From Vulcanisaeta sp. AZ3 (lineage in GTDB: Archaea; Thermoproteota; Thermoprotei; Thermoproteales; Thermocladiaceae), in the NCBI GenBank assembly GCA_000960865.2, contig JZWU02000003.1, positions 1 through 64,000 of the forward strand: a DNA stretch of 64,000 nucleotides. The letters run 5' to 3'. Shown here piece after piece: positions 60,172-64,000 of this stretch. A model generated the notes under the pieces. That model was given only the letters and a program-made list of their open reading frames with translations. It was not told where the DNA came from and made no database searches. Positions within the stretch are counted from its first letter, which is position 1. Each line of letters begins with the position of its first letter. The translations under genes were made by a program, and so were the position numbers.

Positions 60172-60260
60172 GCCGGGGTGGCCGAGCCAGGTCCAAGGCG
60201 CGGGCCTGCTAAGTCCGTCCCCGCAAGGGGGCCCGGGTTCAAATCCCGGCCCCGGCACCA
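60172..60260 (+). tRNA. tRNA-Ser(GCT), CCA encoded, discriminator A
   Basis: GCCGGGG/CCCCGGC acceptor stem, CGGGC-CTGCTAA-GTCCG anticodon arm, variable arm CCCC-GCAA-GGGG. Confidence 0.95.
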
Positions 60261-60373
60261 AGAAATCCTCCTCATGGAATTATGGCGATTTTAGTTGGAA
60301 GGGCTAGATAACTATGATGTGTTCTGGTCTGGCTGGTTAAAATTTTAATATAACGAATAATCTTAGAGTTTCT

Positions 60374-62713
60374 GTGTCGGTGGTTATTGATTCATATGTT
60401 GTTGATCTATATGTTAGGTTTCGGGACTTAACCTACGGTGGCTCCGTGGAAATGAACGTGAGCTCAGATGGTGAACTCCTCATTAATTCCGTAGATTTAT
60501 CCATAAGATCCGTATCAATTGATGGTAAACCGATTAAGTATAGTTATGATGGTAAGGTGATTAAGATTGATGGTCCTGTGAACGGTGTTGTGAGGATTGA
60601 GTTTGAGGGTAAAATACCCGATAGATTATTAGGTATTTATAGGGCTCCTTACGGCGATAGTTACATAATCACCACACAATTTGAGCCTACGGGTGCCAGG
60701 TACTTCATACCGTGCATAGACCACCCAGCTGTTAAGGCTAGGTTTAGGTTTAGGGTTCGTGTTGATGGTGACTACGATGCAATCTTTAACACACCCCCAC
60801 TTAGAGTTTATTGGGATGGCAGTTGGAAGGTCTTTGAGTTTGCAGATACTCCGAGAATGTCCACATACTTAATTTACCTGGGTATTGGTAGATTTTACGA
60901 GATTAGGGATAAGGTCGGTAATGTGGATGTAATATTCGCAACACCCCTGAGTGATAGAGTTGAGGAGGGGGCTTTCGCAATTGATGTTGCTAAGAAGGTT
61001 CTTGAATTTTACAGTAATTACTTTGAAATACCTTACCCACTCCCAAAGCTGCACTTAATACATGTGCCTGAGTTTGCGGCTGGTGCCATGGAGAACTGGG
61101 GTGCCATAACCTTCAGGGAGACTGCCCTCTTGATTGGGAGGGGGAGTACTGAGGCTTCGAGAAGGCGTGTGGCTGAGGTTGTGGCTCATGAAATTGCTCA
61201 TCAATGGTTCGGTGATTTAGTGACTATGGCTTGGTGGGATGATCTATGGCTTAACGAGTCCTTTGCGACGTTCATGAGTTATAAGGCCATGGATGCGTTA
61301 TTTCCGGAATGGAATGTTTGGTTTAGATTCTTGGCTGACGAGACGATGAATTCTATGCTTAGGGATTCATTAATGAGTACGCACCCAGTCCATGTACCTA
61401 TTGCAAGCGAGGAGGAGGCTTTTGAGATATTTGATGATATTAGTTACGGTAAGGGTGCCAGCTTACTACGGATGCTGGAGAATTATGTTGGTAAGGAAGA
61501 CTTTAGGAGGGGCCTAAGTAATTACTTAAAGGGACATGCTTATTCTAATGCTACTGAGGATGGCCTTTGGAGGAGTATTGAGGAGGTCAGTGGTAAGCCC
61601 ATAATGAAAATAATGAAGGCTTGGGTTGATAAACCAGGGCATCCGGTAATTACCGTAGAGACAGAGACCCAAGGCGTTACTCTTAGGCAGGCTAGGTTTG
61701 TGTTTGGTGGTAATGTAACTGATACTTGGCCGATACCTATTGTATTCAGGGTTAATGACAGGGTGAACAGAGTATTGATGGAGGGTGATTCATTATCACT
61801 CAACATACCCGAAACTACATTTCTGAATGTTGGTGGTAGTGGTTATTATAGGGTTAAGTATAATGATTGGTCTAAGGCCCTTAACAATGCCTCTGACGAT
61901 ATTGAGAGGTGGAGCGTGCTTAATGATGCCTACTCACACCTACTTCAGGGTTCGGTTAGTTTAGATGAGTATTTACGCCTTGTTAAGTCCGTTAATAATG
62001 TCGTTAATTACTTACTCACAACATCATTAATAATGCAACTGGGAACCCTATACTCAATAAGGCCCTCGGCAATTAAGGAGGCCTTTGTGGATTATCTTAA
62101 GGCTCAGAGTAGGGCTTTGGAGGGTATGAGTGGTATTGATGATGTTAGAGAGATCGTATTGGCAAGGAGGGCATTGATTGATGAGGATTATGCAAAGACC
62201 TTGGCGGACATGGTTAAGGATTATGAAAATGCTAACCCTGTGATGAGGCAGGCAATTGTTAATGCTTATGCCATAGTTGGTGATAATCCATTTGAAACCT
62301 TAAAGAATTTATACAGATCATTGAGGACTGATGAGGATAGGGTTAGGGTGCTCTCAGCAATGCTTAGCATACCGAGGGTTGAGGAATATGCTAAGGCTCT
62401 TGATTTCTTGGTCTCTGGCGAGGTTAAGAAGCAGGATGTTAGGATGTTCATTGTTGGTGCTAGGAACCCATTCACAAGGGATGTAAGCCTTGATTGGTTG
62501 GTGAAGAATTATAAATTATTCATCGAGGCATACGGAGATCCAGGTACTTTATCGAGGACTTTAATAGCCACGATACCAATAATTGGTATTGGACGTGAGG
62601 GAGAGGTCGAGAGGTTCTTGAGGAATCTAAATATTCCTGGTATTGAAATGGGCGTTAATGCTAGCCTTGAATTATTGAAGGTTTATTCAGCTTTTTATTC
62701 TCGCTATGCATAA
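60374..62713 (+). CDS. M1 aminopeptidase (tricorn-interacting factor F2/F3-like)
   Basis: TQFEP, GAMENWG, HEIAHQW...LWLNE, YGKG. Confidence 0.95.
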   Translation: MSVVIDSYVVDLYVRFRDLTYGGSVEMNVSSDGELLINSVDLSIRSVSIDGKPIKYSYDGKVIKIDGPVNGVVRIEFEGKIPDRLLGIYRAPYGDSYIITTQFEPTGARYFIPCIDHPAVKARFRFRVRVDGDYDAIFNTPPLRVYWDGSWKVFEFADTPRMSTYLIYLGIGRFYEIRDKVGNVDVIFATPLSDRVEEGAFAIDVAKKVLEFYSNYFEIPYPLPKLHLIHVPEFAAGAMENWGAITFRETALLIGRGSTEASRRRVAEVVAHEIAHQWFGDLVTMAWWDDLWLNESFATFMSYKAMDALFPEWNVWFRFLADETMNSMLRDSLMSTHPVHVPIASEEEAFEIFDDISYGKGASLLRMLENYVGKEDFRRGLSNYLKGHAYSNATEDGLWRSIEEVSGKPIMKIMKAWVDKPGHPVITVETETQGVTLRQARFVFGGNVTDTWPIPIVFRVNDRVNRVLMEGDSLSLNIPETTFLNVGGSGYYRVKYNDWSKALNNASDDIERWSVLNDAYSHLLQGSVSLDEYLRLVKSVNNVVNYLLTTSLIMQLGTLYSIRPSAIKEAFVDYLKAQSRALEGMSGIDDVREIVLARRALIDEDYAKTLADMVKDYENANPVMRQAIVNAYAIVGDNPFETLKNLYRSLRTDEDRVRVLSAMLSIPRVEEYAKALDFLVSGEVKKQDVRMFIVGARNPFTRDVSLDWLVKNYKLFIEAYGDPGTLSRTLIATIPIIGIGREGEVERFLRNLNIPGIEMGVNASLELLKVYSAFYSRYA

Positions 62714-62852
62714 AACATTTATTAGGATTTTTGGTGATATCATCCGTGTGTCTTTAGGATTTTTATAGTATGGTTTTGAGATACATGTTGTCATTGATCA
62801 TGATGAAGGCAAGATAACATTTATTTGCTTGATTAGTAATAACGTGCTTTGT

Positions 62853-63962
62853 ATGTCTATTCAGGATTTCATAGAGCTCCTCCGGAGGTTATCTGAGGCT
62901 TTCGGTCCCTCGGGTTTTGAAGATGAGGTTAGAGAGTTGGTGGTTGAGGAGTTGAGTCCTTATGTTGATGAGGTGTTTATTGATAAGTGGGGTAATGTGA
63001 TTGGTGTTCGTTATGGTAGGCGTAGGGATCTTAAGGCCATGGTTGCTGCGCATATGGATGAGATTGGCTTGCTCATTGATAATATTGATAAGAATGGGGT
63101 TCTGTGGTTTAGGGCTATTGGTGGTTGGAATGAAGTAACTCTCGTGGGTCAGAGAGTTATTATTAAGGCAGGTAACGGGAGAAAGGTGAAAGGTGTGATT
63201 GGTGGCAGACCTCCACATATTACACCCCCTGGTAAAGAGAGGGAGGCGCCTGAGCTTAAGGATCTTTTCATAGACATTGGAGTATCTAGTGATGATGAGG
63301 TTAGGAAGTTGGGTATTAATGTTGGTTCTGTGGCTGTACTTGATAGGGGGTTCGAGGTATTGAATGAGAATGCCGTCACAGGCAAAGCCTTTGATGATAG
63401 AGTTGGACTTGCAGTAATGCTTTGGTCAGCTAGACAGTTAAGGGAGAGTGAGGTCACTACGTACTTTGTAGCCACGGTACAGGAAGAGGTTGGCCTACGT
63501 GGTGCCCAGGTTGCTGCTGATAGAATTTACCCGGACTTTGCGATTGCCCTGGATACTACAATAGCAGCTGATGTTCCTGGTGTAGGTGAGAGGGAGTATG
63601 TTACGAGGATTAGTAGAGGGCCCGCTATAAAGGTCATGGATGGTGGTAGGAGTGGCTTGTTCATAGCGTATCCGAAACTCACGAACTTCCTGGTGAGTGT
63701 TGCTGAGGATTTGAAGATACCTTATCAGCTTGAGGTTTTGGTTGGTGGCACAACGGATGCTCTTGGTATTGCATTTCGCAGGGATGGTATACCAGCAACT
63801 ACAATATCCATACCTACTAGGTATGTTCATAGCCCAGTGGAGCTTCTGAATGTAAATGATGCTGTAAATGCAGCCAAGCTGCTGGCTGAGGCCCTTTCCA
63901 GGGTTAACGAGGAATTCGTAATGGAGCTTAGAGAGAAGGTGATTAAGGGAAAGACTGGTTAA
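62853..63962 (+). CDS. M42 family (TET) aminopeptidase
   Basis: AHMDEIG, KAFDDR, QEEVGLRGA, GGTTD, RYVHS. Confidence 0.93.
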   Translation: MSIQDFIELLRRLSEAFGPSGFEDEVRELVVEELSPYVDEVFIDKWGNVIGVRYGRRRDLKAMVAAHMDEIGLLIDNIDKNGVLWFRAIGGWNEVTLVGQRVIIKAGNGRKVKGVIGGRPPHITPPGKEREAPELKDLFIDIGVSSDDEVRKLGINVGSVAVLDRGFEVLNENAVTGKAFDDRVGLAVMLWSARQLRESEVTTYFVATVQEEVGLRGAQVAADRIYPDFAIALDTTIAADVPGVGEREYVTRISRGPAIKVMDGGRSGLFIAYPKLTNFLVSVAEDLKIPYQLEVLVGGTTDALGIAFRRDGIPATTISIPTRYVHSPVELLNVNDAVNAAKLLAEALSRVNEEFVMELREKVIKGKTG

Positions 63963-64000
63963 TTCCTTTAAATTTATAGGAAATACAAGTCTGAAATCAC

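Noticed and set aside
60075-60275. 66-aa minus-strand ORF
   Set aside because: Antisense to tRNA-Ser; the RGRDLNP pattern is a typical tRNA-shadow artefact
62800-62832. ATGATGA upstream of the M42 gene
   Set aside because: No properly spaced D', C' or D boxes

Overview
Gene-dense, mostly housekeeping chromosome segment of a hyperthermophilic crenarchaeon. A Thermoproteaceae, Vulcanisaeta-like origin is inferred from Cren7, QueF-like archaeosine synthase, the PCNA-PriS-GINS-L44e-S27e-aIF2a-Nop10 cluster and BHB-intron tRNAs. It holds about 60 CDSs covering translation, replication, cofactor synthesis, peptidases, a peptide ABC transporter and AglB. There are four tRNA genes: Arg-TCG and Arg-TCT (both with 37/38 introns), Leu-CAG and Ser-GCT. 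I saw no transposase, integrase, CRISPR array or rRNA. Features the ORF track does not show: four box C/D guide sRNAs (one apparently aimed at tRNA-Glu C34 and at the variable arm of the tRNA-Leu in this window), a Cren7 3' end and rpl39e. Also notable: a frameshifted glucose dehydrogenase, a ubiquitin-like protein ending in -LGC instead of -GG, a tRNA-Ser with an A73 discriminator, a THUMP-SPOUT fusion, a divergent SPASM radical SAM / DUF1512 module, and a NadE + QueF-L + nitrilase arrangement that may share an ammonia donor. All family calls are from motif recognition and recalled sequences; no searches were run.
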